Shown one piece after another: positions 25,301-39,384 of a stretch of 64,000 bases of DNA; within the stretch, counting starts at the first letter, position 1, and each line of letters opens with the position of its first letter. Location of the stretch: assembly GCA_036172245.1 (NCBI GenBank), contig JAYWIR010000023.1, positions 2,170,001 through 2,234,000 on the forward strand, written 5' to 3'. The stretch is from Raillietiella orientalis. Taxonomy: Eukaryota. The notes beneath the pieces are model-generated. The model ran no database searches, was not told where the DNA came from, and saw nothing but the letters and a program-made list of their open reading frames with translations. The translations under genes and the position numbers were made by a program.

Positions 25301-28300
25301 ACTGACGGCGAGTGTTGACTGACGGTCGCAAGTCTTTCCCTGGATCGCGCTGAAATCGAGATCCAAGAACTCAAATGCAAGAAGCTGCTCACGAGACTCC
25401 TCTCTGAAGACTCTTGAGAGCGTCTTTCCTCAAACGGGAGGCTGTGGCTGGCGGGCAGTTCTTGGAAATCGACCAGACACCAAGTCGATGGTAGAGAAAG
25501 TAGGAGGACGTTCATCGGATAGCAATGAAATGGTGTGACGAACATGCGATCGTCCACACCTGGAGCTCGCAGAAAGCGTGCACTCCAGTACACCGCATCC
25601 GGGGCAAAATTAGAACTGTGCAAAGTAATAATAAAGACAATGAAAAAGACACCCTGGCACACTGGAGTTGTTGCTGAGGGATGCAGCAGACGGGTGACAA
25701 AAGATGGTTTAAATGGGAATGGCAGTAGAATGCAAAATCCAGTCGGAAACTGAACGGCCGTGAAGACGGGAAGCGTTTTCCACGTGTTTTCCATGATTAT
25801 TCGGAATGCATGAATGGAGAAAGTGACACCCATGTCGTCTCGCCGCAGTGGTGCCGCGAAAGACCAATCGTCGTCTCTCGTGTTTCAGAGAAGCATCAGC
25901 CGGCGATTATGGGGAGGGGAGGGGAGGGGGAGGGAGACAGAAAAGAGGAAAGCTTTGTCCGTAGGATCTCACCTTGTGCTGCAGATCAACACAAGAGATA
26001 CAAAGCGAGACGATCTTTGCATAGTGCAGTGTGTGCGCCAACACAGAGCAGCGAGGTACACTGTACGGTACAAGTCCATGCATGAGCATAAGTAAGCGCA
26101 AGCACACACACACATAGTGTGATCAAAAAAATAAGTAAATAAATAAAGATCCTTCAAACTGAGCAATCATTCCTTGTTTGCATGTACATTGACGAGGTGT
26201 ACATTATTAACACATGCATATGTATCTGTTTGATAGCTAGAGATGTCTGTTTGCACCTGCATACGCTTGCACACGCGTAGAAGCACTTACATTATGTTCG
26301 GTGTTTTCGTTTGCATTTCATGGCATACGGATATATCCTAATACATCACAGTATGCTGTGAGGTTGCTTGGATAGTCCACATTACTAAAGGCTGAACAAT
26401 ATGGATGTAGGAACTACAATGAATAAGCATTCATTGCAGACATCTGTATATGGATAGGTACGTACTAGGCCTCTTTTTACCTCTCTGGAGAGAGATGGGG
26501 AAAGCTGGACTGAGCAGTGTATAGGTTCAAGCTATCCTGAATGTGTACATGGACCCAATGAGAAAGAATACAATCTTTGCTACAATATGCATAACGAAAG
26601 CGTATTCGGAATGCACAGATGTGAAGGATGCTGAGCGTGCGCAGCTGTTCATTTATTCAGTGAGATGGCATCAATCCATGTCTACACGCACACAGCATGC
26701 GCTCGTTTTTTATGCACGTACCTGCGAGAGATAGTGGACATTGCAGCAGGCACGCTTTCTTATGAGCGCGTATCGGACGCAAAGGCGACACTTCCTGGAG
26801 CAGAGCCTTTCCCACCTCGGCGGAGATCCCCATCACCCAGGCAGTCCTTCCGCATCCCCGATGCTCGGAGTGAGCCCAGGAGAGCCGTGGTGGTGCGCAT
26901 CCAATGTCTGCTGGGAACGGAGGAGAAGAGGAGTAGGGGAAGGGTGGAGCAGTTGGGCTTCTCGAGAGCCTCGCTGCTGCAGCCTGCCCGGCCCACTCTT
27001 GGTGCCGGCGGACCTCACTGGCAGGAGCTCCAGCGGTCGGTGGGACGGGACATGCGTCGCCCACCCACCCGCGCGCTGGACTTCACCCTTCGCAGGCGGG
27101 GGGAGGAGGGGGGAACACCCAAAAATAAACCTCTTCGCGCATCCGAGAGTAAGCGAGGAGGGCGGATAACTACTCCTCAGGAGTCTCGTCAGACGTCGCG
27201 TTTGTCAGGCAGGGGATCTGCAAGCAAATATTTGCGTCGGACCCGCGAAGCGAGGCTGCAAGATGGAGGTGTGGGTTCGAGGAAGTGCAAGCATCCGTCG
27301 GGAACCGTCCGGGAATGAGCGAGAAGTAGGAGCGGCGCGTCGAAGCTCCAGGAAACGCGACACCGGACTTTCCTTCCCTCCTCCTCCCTCTCATTCCCTC
27401 CCCGTCTTCGTCGTCGCCTCAATCCCCTGCGGTGCTCGCCTACGGCAAAGCGCGCACGCCGTTCCTTTCGATATTCCTGGCACTCGCTCAGAATTCTCTG
27501 GAGGCATCACGAGACGCTGGAGGGACCTTTGTCCCGAAGATAAGGATAGGGACTCGGGAACGGCCAAACGTCACGAGCCTCCACTCTGCCCTCCCTCCCA
27601 TCCGGCTTCCATCCCCCCCTCGCTCGTCTATCGCTCTATGCGATCTGTTTCCCTCACCCTGAGCGTATTGGTCTGGGCGTCCACGGCCGCGTTCCTTCGA
27701 GGTCGCTGGAATGGTCGTTCGAGAGATATCGCGCGCCGTCACCCCGTGGCCGAAATGCTCCCGCGCGACGTGCGTCACGGGTCCAGAGGCTTCCTTCCCT
27801 CGCAGGGGAGGGAAAAGCCAGCTAGTGTCCTCTGGTGCTGAGGTGCATTTGTTTTCGCTTTCGGGTTGCCTTGGAGGCGACGACCTCTCTTCGCGGTGCC
27901 AACGCGAGACCCATCGGCTGTAGACGAAGCGGTATGTGTGGCTTCCTTCGCCGTGGCAAAAGGAGAGGAGGAGAAAAGAAGCGGATCATCTCTTCCTCTC
28001 CACAGTAACCCCTTCCTTCCCCTCGGAATCGCAGACCATCGAAGCTCTCTCCCTCGACCTTTGTCCACTTCTCTTTTCCTCCTTCCTCCTCCTCTTCCTT
28101 TCTTTCCTTCACTGCCGTAAACGTCCCGGAAGCTTCCAGTGATGCCCTCCAAAAGTTGTTTGATTTCTTTCCGTCTTCCGAATCGGCCTGAATGGATGCA
28201 GGAAGAGAGGATTTGCTCCTGCGCTGCTGGTGCAGCAGAAAAACCACTGTGGGAAAGTCCGGCGGAGCCGAGGGTGAAACAGGTCCATTTCGAAGGACAG

Positions 28301-29479
28301 TCCCTGCACTCTCAATCTTCTCTCGCAGGTTCGGGAGATTCCTTGACCCCTCCTCCTCCCCTGTTCTGCCTTCGACCCTCGGTTCCCTCCCTCATCTCCC
28401 TTCTTTTCTTTTTGCCTGGAGACAAAGAAGCTCAGTCGACCGCACTTCGGGAGCGAAACCTGCGCGCGCGCGTGTAGGGAGAGGAGGGAGATGAACCCTT
28501 CAGGAAGACGGCCCACTCGAGGCACACAGAATTTCTTGTGGTCAACTCTCCCTCGTCCTCTGGGAAGAGCAAACCCTTCTGCCAACTCCATGGGGGCTGA
28601 GCACCTCCTAGGCTACGCCATCTGGATCCCTCTAGCCACCAGGAACAACCCCAACCGGCTTCCTCGGGAATTTCTCTCGCGAAAGATCAGAAAGACTTCC
28701 GGAGCAGCATCAGGAACGCAAGTGTCTAGGAAAGGTTGCCACGGGATACCACTGGTGAGATTCAGTTGAGGGAGAGGAAGGGGCGAAAACAACGGGAAAG
28801 TTCGTCCGGAGAAACAGAGGGCACGCCCGCTAGGTAGTAGAAGGTGCCACCGCATTTCCGGGCACTCTATGACCGCCACAAGATGCCGACACCGTAGGTC
28901 ACCGGAGAGCCAGCTGCCCCATCTCGTTCGCAGCCTTTGGTCTTCGTCTTCTAGCTCCTGGAGGACTTATTGATCCAGGAGCTGGATCACATTCGGGATT
29001 CAAGTTCTAGCTTTTCCCTGTGTTATTCCTTCCTGCGTTTGCTGTAAACGAAAAGACGGATCCTGGCAAGCCAAGGTCCTTCTGCGCGGGGAGGCTGTCG
29101 CTCCATTAATGCCTTGCGGGCGTTCGCGGGGTGGAGTAAAAAAAAAGGTCGGTCCTCCGTGACCTTTTGCAGCAGTTTAGAAAGGATTCTTGCCCTCTAC
29201 AGGAAGCCAGTTGAGAGGTCTCGAAGCGTTTGCCTTCGGAATCACCGAGAGGTGACTGCAGGGAGAATGCGTAGCGTCTTCTCCTGAGAGTGTTCATGGA
29301 GACCAGGTAGGGATCACTGCTTCCCGGAGACAGGAGCGGTCGCGGCCGAATGAATCCGCAGAGAGAGGCTCGTGAAGCAGCCTCCACCATAGGTCTACGG
29401 CAACCGTCCTCTTCCTTTGGAACCTCTGTTTGCGCGGTGCGGAACCGACCGAGCGTTGCGGAACCTGGAAGCGAAAGGC

Positions 29480-29650
29480 CGCGCGTCCGGACTCTACTGA
29501 AGAGAATGGGGTGGATGGAAGTGCGGCTCTTAACTCAACTAATGGGACACGCGATTGCCTCGAGGAGAGGATTCAGCCTCTGGATTTGGGACAGCGGCGT
29601 CTGCTGGGGAGACTGGAGGGGAGACTGTCCGTGCCCATCTTCAGAAAGGA
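29480..29650 (+). mobile_element. Possible R1/I-type non-LTR ORF2 C-terminal remnant
   Basis: VRLLTQLMGHA...WIWDSGVCWGD...CPCP loosely resembles the TQxLTGHG...DSxxC..CP tail of R1-type elements. No RT core was seen. Confidence 0.25.
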
Positions 29651-32600
29651 GAGAGCATTCTGAGAAGCGACAGCGAGGGAAAGGAGGGAGGAGTTATCCT
29701 GCGTGCCTTCCCTCCCTCTTCCTCATCTTCATGACTGGACCAGGAAAACGTAAAGCTGACAATTACGGAGCAGTAAGCCCCGGAAAAACACGACGAATCA
29801 CTGTTCAGAGAGATTCCTGCGAGAAGGGATGGAAAAGGGGGGAAAAATGCTTTGGGCAGCGTGGTGCAGGAAGCGGCAAATGGGTGGGAACGGTTGTCTT
29901 CTCTGCTTCTGGAACACAGGGAAACGAGATCACACAGTCCACCCACGTGTAGACTTTGAAGGAAAAAAATCATTCATTTTCTGGCTGGGCAGCGAAGGAG
30001 GAAGGCTAGTGTAGATGATCGTTTCCCGACACTTGGGTCTTTGGGGTGTCAACCACTCGCTCTCCCTCAATTTGGGTTACCTGCACTTTCGTTAGGCATA
30101 GGCCCGCAGACTTGGAAATCCGAACCACACCTTTCGAGAATAAGTGAACTTTCCGAGGAAGTGAAGAAAGAAGAAAACAAAAAGAGACAGGAGGAAATTC
30201 GGAAACCACACGTCCTGGAAGGCGCTCATCGGAGACTCATGTCCTCTCTGAGCAAGGAGGAAAGACTTCCTCTCTGTCCGCACAATGGAGGGGGGAGACT
30301 GCTTCGCCTTCCGTTACATTTGGCATGCACTCGAAGTTGCTGCCACTGAGAAATAGGAATCCAGATGGCTCCTCTTGATGTTTAGGATCCTTCAGTTTTC
30401 TCCATCAGTACCGGTCTCTGGACTGGCAGCTGCCTTTTCCAGCGGAATCTCTTTCGTCTACGCATCCTTTTATTTTCCTCAGCCTAAACGAATATGTCAT
30501 GTGTTTCACTCCTTTTTTCTGAATCTGCGGTGACGAATCCTCCTGGCTAATGGTTCATCTTCCAGGCTGCACTTTTCGTCACGGCGAAGTACCTCACAGG
30601 AGCGAGTAGGAAGACATTAGCGGCACTAAAGTGTGCTGCTTTGGCGACAGATGGCAGCAGGGAGCCTCTCTTCGCAGTGCTCAGACGCGACACTTCACAT
30701 CCGCCTTTCGCCGGAACGGTATAAACAAACACGCACACACACACCTAATCGTACCCGATCACCCACTTTCCTGAGAATCTCCTGCGAATCCAGAATTATC
30801 GCGAGTCCTCCCCCAAGTTAGTAGTCCTTGAACCTGCGAGTCCTGGAAAACCTAGACGCCCGCCATCTCTGCGATGAATCCATTTTCGCTTCACTCTTTC
30901 TGCTTCCCCTTCTCTTCAACGAACCTTTCCTTTGGGATTTAGTTCAGGGAATCCCTCCGGATGAGCGAGCGTGAAGAAGGCACATCTTCCTTGATGAGTT
31001 CCTCGGGAGACGAGAGCTGCATCCTCGCGTCTCCCCGAGGACATCACGACTGGTGCTTTCAGTGCACACCATGGCCGCACATTGCGTTGTTTTTTAAATG
31101 GAACCGTCTTGGAGGGAAGATGGCGTCAGAGCTCCAGGTGCGCAAGTGAGCCATCGTTTGAACTCTCCGAGGGACGTACAGGAACGGGAAGGTGCTTCCA
31201 CTGCTTCACAACAGGAATACAAGGATCCAGTGCACGCCGAGTTCACGCATGCATTCCTCCCACTCTGGTTTCACACGTGCCACGGATTTTTAGGATTTCA
31301 AGTCAGAGCACAGCAAAGACAAGTACTATTTTCGTTTCCCTTTTTTTTCTTCTTCCCCTTTTCCGTGAGGAGGTGCTCAAAATCGGATTTCATTTGCTTG
31401 ATACGCATCCGAGGGTCACACTTCTTGCTTCTCTCACTTCGCAAGGTCTCGGGGGGGAGGACCCTCATTGTGTTTGGAGGAGCCTCCGCCAAACTGTGGA
31501 AGCACTGGGTAGACGAGCCTGCAGAGTTCACGATGGGAGAAACCCCCCGCTTCCTTGGTTTCTCTCCTGAAAAAGGGATTCTCGTTCTTGCATTCATACC
31601 AGGCACCATGTTGGTGCTCATGGACAATCAGGTCTTGGCCAGTGTGCGCTTGCGCTGGACGGGTCCGGGGTGCCCTGCAATGAGCAGTGCACTTGCGTCA
31701 AGCCGTGAAATCCTGACTCCTCCGGCGTGGCAGCTTCATTGCTCTCTCTTTCGTCTCCCCCGTGAACAGCACGAACGGTCTCCGAAGGATAATCGGCATC
31801 CGCTCATCCAGATCGAAATGTTAGGTTGCCTCCTCGAAGCACCATCCAGGAAGGACTGAGCTCAACTACAGTCGGTTGAACAGAGACCGGGAGAGTTTCG
31901 CTTCGCTTCCTGGAACCAATGATTTTCCCACTTGCGAAGAAAAAGCCGAAAGTGAGTGAAAGATGAAGAAACGGAGGTTGCCATGGTTCCGCATCTTGGA
32001 GCGGGCGGAGTTCGGGTAGTTTGGCATCAGCGATTTGTTGCATCGCTGTTCCTCTCGGACGGGGAGAGGGGAAGGCGCCAGCGGCTGCTACCACGAAGTT
32101 CTCGAGTTACTTAATGGGTCAGAGATCGCAGAGGCTTGATTCTTCTTTAGCTCACCTCTATCAGTCCCCAACGAGTCCATGGATAGGGTTAGAGATGCTG
32201 GCGCGAGAGAGTACCATTTCTAAATCTTCGGCTTCCGGCTGGTCGCTCGTCCAACGCGGAAGAGGAACTTGGGCGCCTCTTGTTCTTTGTCTGTTTCTGC
32301 CGAGAAAGACTTTACCTTTCGCTGCATCCGACGCAACAAAAAGGTGCACCTCAGCAATGGGGATCGATAGCTCCTGTCCACTGTTGTCCACAGCTACCGG
32401 TAGGAACGAGCAGCGCCGCTGAGCCACACGAACCATCGCCATCGATTTGCATGTGGACGCTCAGTCGCGACGCCTTTCGCGAGGTCCCAGCTTAGCACCC
32501 GCCTGATGCACCTCCTTATGCCGGCCGCTGCCTCGTCCTCGGCGTTCGCTCGGGGTTCGCCTCCTCCCCTAAGCTCCGTCGTCGCTCCACGGAGAGAGCG

Positions 32601-34192
32601 CTACGGAACGTTTACACTCCTTGAAGGCTGCATCCGTCCCCGTCCCGATGCGAGTTCTTCCTCGGGAAGCAGTAACCAGTAGCAGTACCTGGGGTGACAC
32701 CTCGTCGCGCGGTCCCCGGAGCGACGAGGCGGTAGCTTCCGTCTGGCAGCCTCCAGGCAGCCTCTCTGCTGGCAGGAAGAGCGCAGCTGGAGGCAGAGAG
32801 CTGACAGCTGTCAAGCGCGGTGATGCGTCCTCCTGTGCGTGGGAGGAGACCCACGAGATAGCAAAGCTCCAGTATGGAGCAGCTTCCCGTTGCTTTCGTT
32901 CCCACACGCTCCCCGGCACACTCGAGCGGCAGCGTCTCCCTTCGCCCCAGAAAAAGGAAAGCCCAGAAGGACAACGGGTGAGCCGGAAGCACCAGAAAAA
33001 ATGTCCCTTGGAGGGAGGCATGCATCTGACTGCACCTTTTCGCCAGCCCTGCACCCAGAAAGCTTGAAGAACGAACCCCTGATTGAGGAAGAGCACGCAA
33101 GGATGCTCATTTCCCTCCTTCCCGCGTCTTCAGTAGTCTCTCCAAGACCTACCTCTGGAACGAGGGAGGCTGGAGCGCTGACTAGCCTCTTGGAGCAGCA
33201 AAAAGCGGGGAAAGGGAGGGAGGGGAGGAGGAAGATGCGCGCAGAGAGGAACAGTAGCGCGGGGGCGAAGCCCCGAGACGGCGAGCCATCCGAAGGAACC
33301 AAGGAGAAAGCTGGCTGCAAAGAGCGGAAGCTGAGCGCATCATTTGCTAGCACAGCATCGACCTTGACAGGATAAAACTCGAAACAACAGTTACGCTGCA
33401 GCAGCAGCAGTAGCAGCAAAATCCTTTGCGGTCCACCTTGTCCGCCTGGTGGGGGGCAGCTGAAGAAAAGGCAGGAAAGATGGCGGGACGTTGGGGAAGG
33501 TTTTCGGAGAAATGGGTGGAGGGATGGACGGATGATGGGGGTCTATCAGGAGTCCCTGGGGCTGAGACTGGGGGAGAGTAGACCCATCACTGGGGGTGAT
33601 GGGTGGCCAGGCTCGCCAACTGCCTGCTTCTCATGAAGATAAATCGCGGTTGCTCCCCCTCCCTGCAACCAGACGATTCCTGCCCCTCCTTGGACCGACC
33701 AAGGAAGCCGGGTTTTTGCCGGAAGGTGGACCCAGCCGTCTGCCTCTTTCCCTGCCTCCCTACCCCTCCGGATCCTGGACTCCGTGAGAGAGTCGCCGAC
33801 GCCTCCGGAGACTTGACCCTTGTCAGGGCGAGCGCCCTCGGAGCGCGATCCGCAAGCGGAGAGACAGACTGGAGGGGAATTTCGAGGAAGCACACCAGGC
33901 AGCTTCGGAAGGATGATCTTCGGGAACTAGCCGCTTCGACTTCGGGAGAGAGCCTCGGGGCTAGGGGTGGTGTCGCACTGCGACAGCCTCCAATCATGGG
34001 TTTGCGTCGAAGGTGCATGCGCGGCCTACCCGGCAAAAGGCCCCAGGAAAAAGAAAAAAGAATGTCCTGTGCTTTGCAGAGTCGGTCCCCAGGCAACGGA
34101 CGGGCAAGAAAAGGGGCAGCCGTTTTCCATGATAGCGGGCACCGCCTCCTCCGTCTCGAGAGTTCTCCTCCGCCGCCCAGAGAAGGCTAAAG

Positions 34193-34711
34193 TGGCCCCA
34201 GCCCCTTGCGCGCGCCCTCTGCGATGGCTTCCTAGAGAGCTAACAAGATGGACTGAGCCAGATGTCCGTGCATAGCGGTCTCCACCACGGCCCTGAGGCA
34301 CCGCGGCTGCCGTTTCGAGTTTTCCCTCTCTCTCGTGGACTTAGGAGCCGGAGGATGCTTGCCGCGCTCCGCGACGGGGGTGAGGAGCGAGAGAGGGCAC
34401 GCCCCCACCCCAAGTCTGCCTCCCGGGAGGGCGCGCCCGCCGCCGGGAGCAGGCGCCGTCCGCGGGCATTCCCTTCCTCCGAGGTGCCCACGAGAGCCGC
34501 TGGCGCGGCGAAAGCGGGGAAGGAAGGTCGAGAGAGAGCAAGTTCGCGCCCCTCGTCTTCTCGAGCTCGGGAATCGCGCGCATGCGTCCCGGGAGGGGGA
34601 GGACGAGGGAGAGGAAGGGGGAGGAGGCTGCTCCGTAGGGCATTCCGGGTTCTCTGAAAAAAAATTCATTTCCTCGTCCACCCTCGCGTGGCGTGCCGCT
34701 TCCCTGAATCC
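34193..34711 (+). repeat. Left copy of a 519-bp near-identical inverted duplication
   Basis: Reverse complement of 38526-39043; I counted about 4 substitutions and one homopolymer indel. The ORF track shows mirrored peptides (for example MSVHSGLHHGPE at 34262+ and 38974-). Confidence 0.95.
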
Positions 34712-36219
34712 TGCCCCCGGATGGGGGGAGCTCAGGAGACTGCGAGGTCTCGGCGAGAGTGTGCTTGCGCGCAATCGGGGCCGGCAGCGGCATCCGTGGC
34801 CCCTCCCCGAGCGTGCCGTCCGGAACACCGCTGTTGGACCGCCGACGAGGCCCCTCCGGTCGACGGGCAGAGTCACGGAGCTTCCAGGGAGCACGGATCG
34901 CTCCAGATGCATCCTCCCGGAACGCGAAACAAACAGAAACAAAAGCGAGGTATCTCTGACACGCATCCAATTAATCTGGGAAGACGGAGAGCTTGCGAAA
35001 CGAGAGCACACGTGTGCCAGAAACCTGATCGAAAAAAGGAGAGGGAGAGGGAAAGGAGCTTCAGAGAGAAGAGGAGGGGGAGGAGGAGGAAGAGGGAGAG
35101 AGCTTCTCCATCTTCTCCCCCTTGCCTTTCTCTTGGTCTCTCCTTCCTCCTCTTCTCCCTCTTCCTCCCCTCTGGATGGAGAGGAGGAGAAGGCGAAGAA
35201 GGTGATTTTATCGCGCTACACGGGTGCCGTCACGCTTCCAGGCAGAGAGGAAATGTTGCAACGGATGCTGGATGCCTCCTCCCGGTGCGGGCGGAGAACG
35301 AGAGTGATTCTGCACGAAAGAGGAGGCGAGGAGGCTCCAAGGACCCGAGAGCCACGGCATGGCGCAGAGCGCCTCAATTAGAGCGCGCGGGAGTCATCCG
35401 CAATGTCCGATCAGAACGTCAGCAAAGACTCGTTCACCTCCTCGGCTCCTCCTGGGGGACCCTGCTTCTCCCTCTTGTCTTGTTGACGGATCACACCTGG
35501 CTGTGCCGTCACCGTTCTGAGTGGGAAGGAAACCCAACCTGCAGCAACTCCGGATCCGGAGATCCGAGATTTCAAAGTCTGGATACCGGAAGAAAAAGAG
35601 TGCTCCAGGAAATTTTTCCTTCCACTCGAACTCTTTTTCTTCCGGTCCAGAAGGCCAGTTCCGCGTTCCTGACCGCTGAGGGTGCTGCTTGCCTTGATGA
35701 ACCTGACGCGCAGCATCTCAGCTCTTGGCTGATGCGGTCGTTCCCTTTGGGACGCATGTCGACGGGGAAGAGCAAACAAACGCTGGGTAGCCGCCATCTC
35801 TGCAGTGCAGCCGTTCTCGGAGGCTGCGGAGTCATTGTGGCTTCAAGTTCAACTCGAGCGCCCTGAGCTCCTAACCCTCCTTTCCATTCCCATTTGCCGT
35901 CGGCTAATGGAAAGAAGTTCGACCAATCCTCCACCTACACAGCAACCGATTCAGCCTCTTCATCTCTCTTCCTCCCTGAATGGCCTATGAGTCTTGATGG
36001 TGGCTTGAGATCTCTAAGGAGCGCAACAGGTGATGAGTTCTCTCCGCCCCGGATCCCACGAACCTACACCCATCCCTCGCGCCGATGCAGATACTTTCAT
36101 AGGAACACCATGGAGACCCATTCCTCGGCTCTCGCTCCCCCAGTGGGGTCTTGCCTCCTCAAGCGGATGCTCGACTGGCCACTGTTGAGGGATTAGAAGT
36201 ACCTGATGTTGTCTCATTG

Positions 36220-37290
36220 TAAGATGTATGGATTGGAGTTAGTAAAATTAGAAATTTTTGTTTGCAAAACAAATGTTCTTATTTTAACTATAATTTTAAG
36301 TCTTTTTAGCTTATATAGAGCGAAGCGTTGAAAGTGCTTAGGAAACAGTGGACAATTAGTAGGAAATTTGAGTTGGGGAACTAATTATCATTAACAGTGA
36401 TATGCTTAAGCTTAACTCAAATTCTTAAAATTTTTATCCTGAAGGGATAATGTGTTGCTTTACACTAGAAGAATTACTCTTTATTTCTTAATAATTGGAA
36501 GTTATTTGTACTGGATATACTAAAAGAGTATACTCATAGGTATATGAATAAAAATAGAAATAGTCATACAATATCTACGAAATGTCAGTATCAAAGAGGG
36601 AGTTCAAATGACAGGTGGTGAAGGTGAGTAATGGAGAGTGAAAAGATTTGGGTTACAGATAGAGTGAGGCAAATGAGAGGGCAAGCGGCGTCCAGCGTAA
36701 CTTGTCTTCTCCTTCCGTAGCCGTGGAATAGCCGGATCCGACCTTGCAACTTCCGGGATGGGATGACCCACAAACTCCCGATTTTCCCGGGTAGCCCTTC
36801 TTAATCCGAGCCACCGTTTCATCACGCCTCTTGGTACTCATCACCTTCGACTCACCGGTGCGGCGACCGAGGATGAGCTTGAGCGATTCGTCTTTTACGC
36901 CACACTTCCTGCACATGCGGTCAACCCCATCCTTGGATGGGCGTCGCTTGCACACGTCGAATCACGCCTCGTAGACAAATTGGTAGTCCAGAAATCTAAA
37001 GTGTCCGCAGACGTCAAGTATTCTCCAATTGCCATAAAGTGTACTGCCGTCCGACGCGACCTTCGCTTGGTAACGGAGCAAGCCACGCTTCCTTGTGCTG
37101 GACCGTTTACCGACTGGAGAGGTGATTTTTTTCCTCATGCACTTATCCAAGTCGCATCTCCAATCATGATCCTCGGCTCGCTGTCTTCAAAATGTCACGC
37201 TGCCTTTGGCAGGCAAACCGCTTATCTGAGCGCTGTACAGAGATTCTTGGCCCGTGGCTACTTGCTGGCCTTGTTCATGCTTTGACTAAT
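36220..37290 (-). mobile_element. R2-like (RLE-type) non-LTR retrotransposon C-terminal remnant with AT-rich 3' region
   Basis: RMCRKCGVKDESLKLILG...KRRDETVARI resembles the CRxCGxxxESLxHILGxC...RxxRHDxI motif of R2-group elements. Upstream HKEAWLAPLPSEG and GNWRILD..FLDYQFVYEA fit the preceding conserved block. Frameshifted; AT-rich tract at 36220-36590. Confidence 0.6.
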
Positions 37291-38155
37291 CCTGATATGG
37301 GCTGTCTCAAGTCTTCATGAATCCACGAAGGTTCTGGAGGAATGAGTCCGTCTCTCTTACGCTTGGTAAGGAAACCTCTTCCTTATTCTTTCCAGAAGTG
37401 AGGAGTGGCCATCCCTCACTTCTACAAAAGGAGCCCGGAAGGTATCCGCTTCTGGAATTTCTCTTCCGGAGGGAACCTGCAAGCGAACCTCTCCTTGCTT
37501 CCTCCTCCGAAGAGAACTCCGAAGGGACTCATCCCCATTTTCTCTGAAGGGCGCTCCCCGAAGGGAGCAGCACGCTTCTGAAACTGTGAGCAGGTAACCC
37601 CCAGAGGGATATTAACCAGCTTCATGGTTGGCGAGAAGGATCTTCCCGGACTTACTGGTAGACTGTTCTGCCCTTGGACTCCTTTGGAATCGTCTCTTGA
37701 GGATCCTAGGAAAATCGGAGGGAGAGCCAAGGGGCATTTTCCGACGCCTCCGGCGTACCGATCTGCCACGAGCCGCGCCCTTAGCAGTTCTCTGCTGCTG
37801 TGTCCTTGGAATCTTGGCATAATAGAACGTGACAAGGAAGGGAAAAATGGCAGGGACGCCATTCACTGGACGACGATCTTTTTGAGGAATACGTCGAGAT
37901 GACCCCACCTAGGAAATGCCAAAACAGAACTTGTCAGCATCCTGAACAGGATGCAGAGGACGTCTCCAGGCAAATAGTAATCTCTTTCCTCCCCTCCCCT
38001 TCCCCCCTTTTTTTCTTTTTTTTGTGGTTTTCCCTCCCCTTTTACCGATGGAATGCGTACAGGCTTTTGGCAAGTACCTCGTGCGTAGTAGAACCAAGTG
38101 TTCTCCCAAGACTTTATCACAATTTCTTATAATAAATGCCTCGGAAAATCCAAGT
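37290..38155 (+). mobile_element. L1/Tx1-like LINE 3' fragment (copy B)
   Basis: DLLVDCSAL, LAVLCCCVLGILA and GRDAIHWTTIFLRNTSR*PHLGNAKTELVSILNRMQRTSPGK* (stop 37975-37977) align with the C-terminus of copy A. T-rich UTR, AATAAA at 38131. The 5' limit is approximate. Confidence 0.75.
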
Positions 38156-38159
38156 GAAA

Positions 38160-39335
38160 AACCAGCTCCATGGTAAGCTATGGACGACTATTTTCACGAC
38201 CGGAGAGGAATCCTGAAGAGAACCGACTCTCATTGATTCCTGGAAGGATTCGGGAGAGTCCACTTCCAATCCCGGCCAGCCAACGGGGCATCCGGTTTCC
38301 GGCTTCCACCAGTGTCGCATCCGAACAGACCAACAGCTTCCCTGTTCTGCGAGGTGGATTTAGACTCGAAAAGAGTGCATCCCTAGCAGCACATTGTTGC
38401 CTACGCGGGATCGTAGCTGCATGAAGCAGCAACTCCAGAGGAGACCAGAACGACAGGGACGCCATCTATTTTGCTGTCCTCTTCATGAGGATGGAGTCAA
38501 GATGGCCCCATCTTGGGAGTTAGGGGGATTCAGGGAAGCGGCACGCCACGCGAGGGCGGACGAGGAAATGAATTTTTTTCAGAGAACCCGGAATGCCCTA
38601 CAGAGCAGCCTCCTCCCCCTTCCTCTCCCTCGTCCTCCCCCTCCCGGGACGCATGCGCGCGATTCCCGAGCTCGAGAAGACGAAGGGCGCGAACTTGCTC
38701 TCTCTCGACCTTCCTTCCCCGCTTTCGCCGCGCCAGCGGCTCTCGTGGGCACCTCGGAGGAAGGGAATGCCCGCGGACGGCGCCTGCTCCCGGCGGCGGG
38801 CGCGCCCTCCCGGGAGGCAGACTTGGGGTGGGGGCGTGCCCTCTCTCGCTCCTCACCCCCGTCGCGGAGCGCGGCAAGCATCCTCCGGCTCCTAAGCCCA
38901 CGAGAGAGAGGGAAAACTCGAAACGGCAGCCGCGGTGCCTCAGGGCCGTGGTGGAGACCGCTATGCACGGACATCTGGCTCAGTCCATCTTGTTAGCTCT
39001 CTAGGAAGCCATCGCAGAGGGCGCGCGCAAGGGGCTGGGGCCATAATCTCGAAACAGGAACTTGCCAGCATCCTCACAAGGATGCAGAGGACGTCCTTCA
39101 GCATTCGGTGATCCCTTCCCGAGCCCCTCCATTTTTTGAATGTACGTTTTTTATTTCATTTTATTTTCTTTTTGTTTGTCTCCCCTCCCTGTGTACTGCC
39201 GAGGCGAACCCCGCAGGCCTGCACGCCAGTTCCCGGCAGGCTCCTTCTCGTAGTTATAAGCAACGTGGTAGGATCAAACGTCCTGCCACAGACATGTGTG
39301 TTTATTTTATAAATAAACCCCCCGGCGTGACCGGG
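38160..39335 (+). mobile_element. L1/Tx1-like LINE 3' fragment (copy C), interrupted by an insertion at 38518-39045
   Basis: LAAHCCLRGIVAA*...DRDAIYFAVLFMRMESRWPHLG [insert] ISKQELASILTRMQRTSFSIR*. T-rich UTR, CTGCCG..CGGCAG hairpin, and a terminus of AATAAA, a C-run and GGCGTGACCGGG. Confidence 0.8.
38526..39043 (-). repeat. Right copy of the inverted duplication (inserted into LINE copy C)
   Basis: Reverse complement of 34193-34711 at about 99% identity. Confidence 0.95.
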
Positions 39336-39384
39336 TGTCAACCAGCGCCTCACCCGAATAGGCCGACCAGCATTGTCCTGCGTT

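Noticed and set aside
31590..32400. LTR integrase/RNase H remnants (AGHPG..VPGM, LFVASDA)
   Set aside because: The matches are too short, with wrong spacing and no RT or LTRs.
34193..39043. Single 4.85-kb DNA transposon with 520-bp TIRs
   Set aside because: No TSD and no transposase inside. The right arm splits a LINE fragment whose halves lie inside and outside the supposed element.
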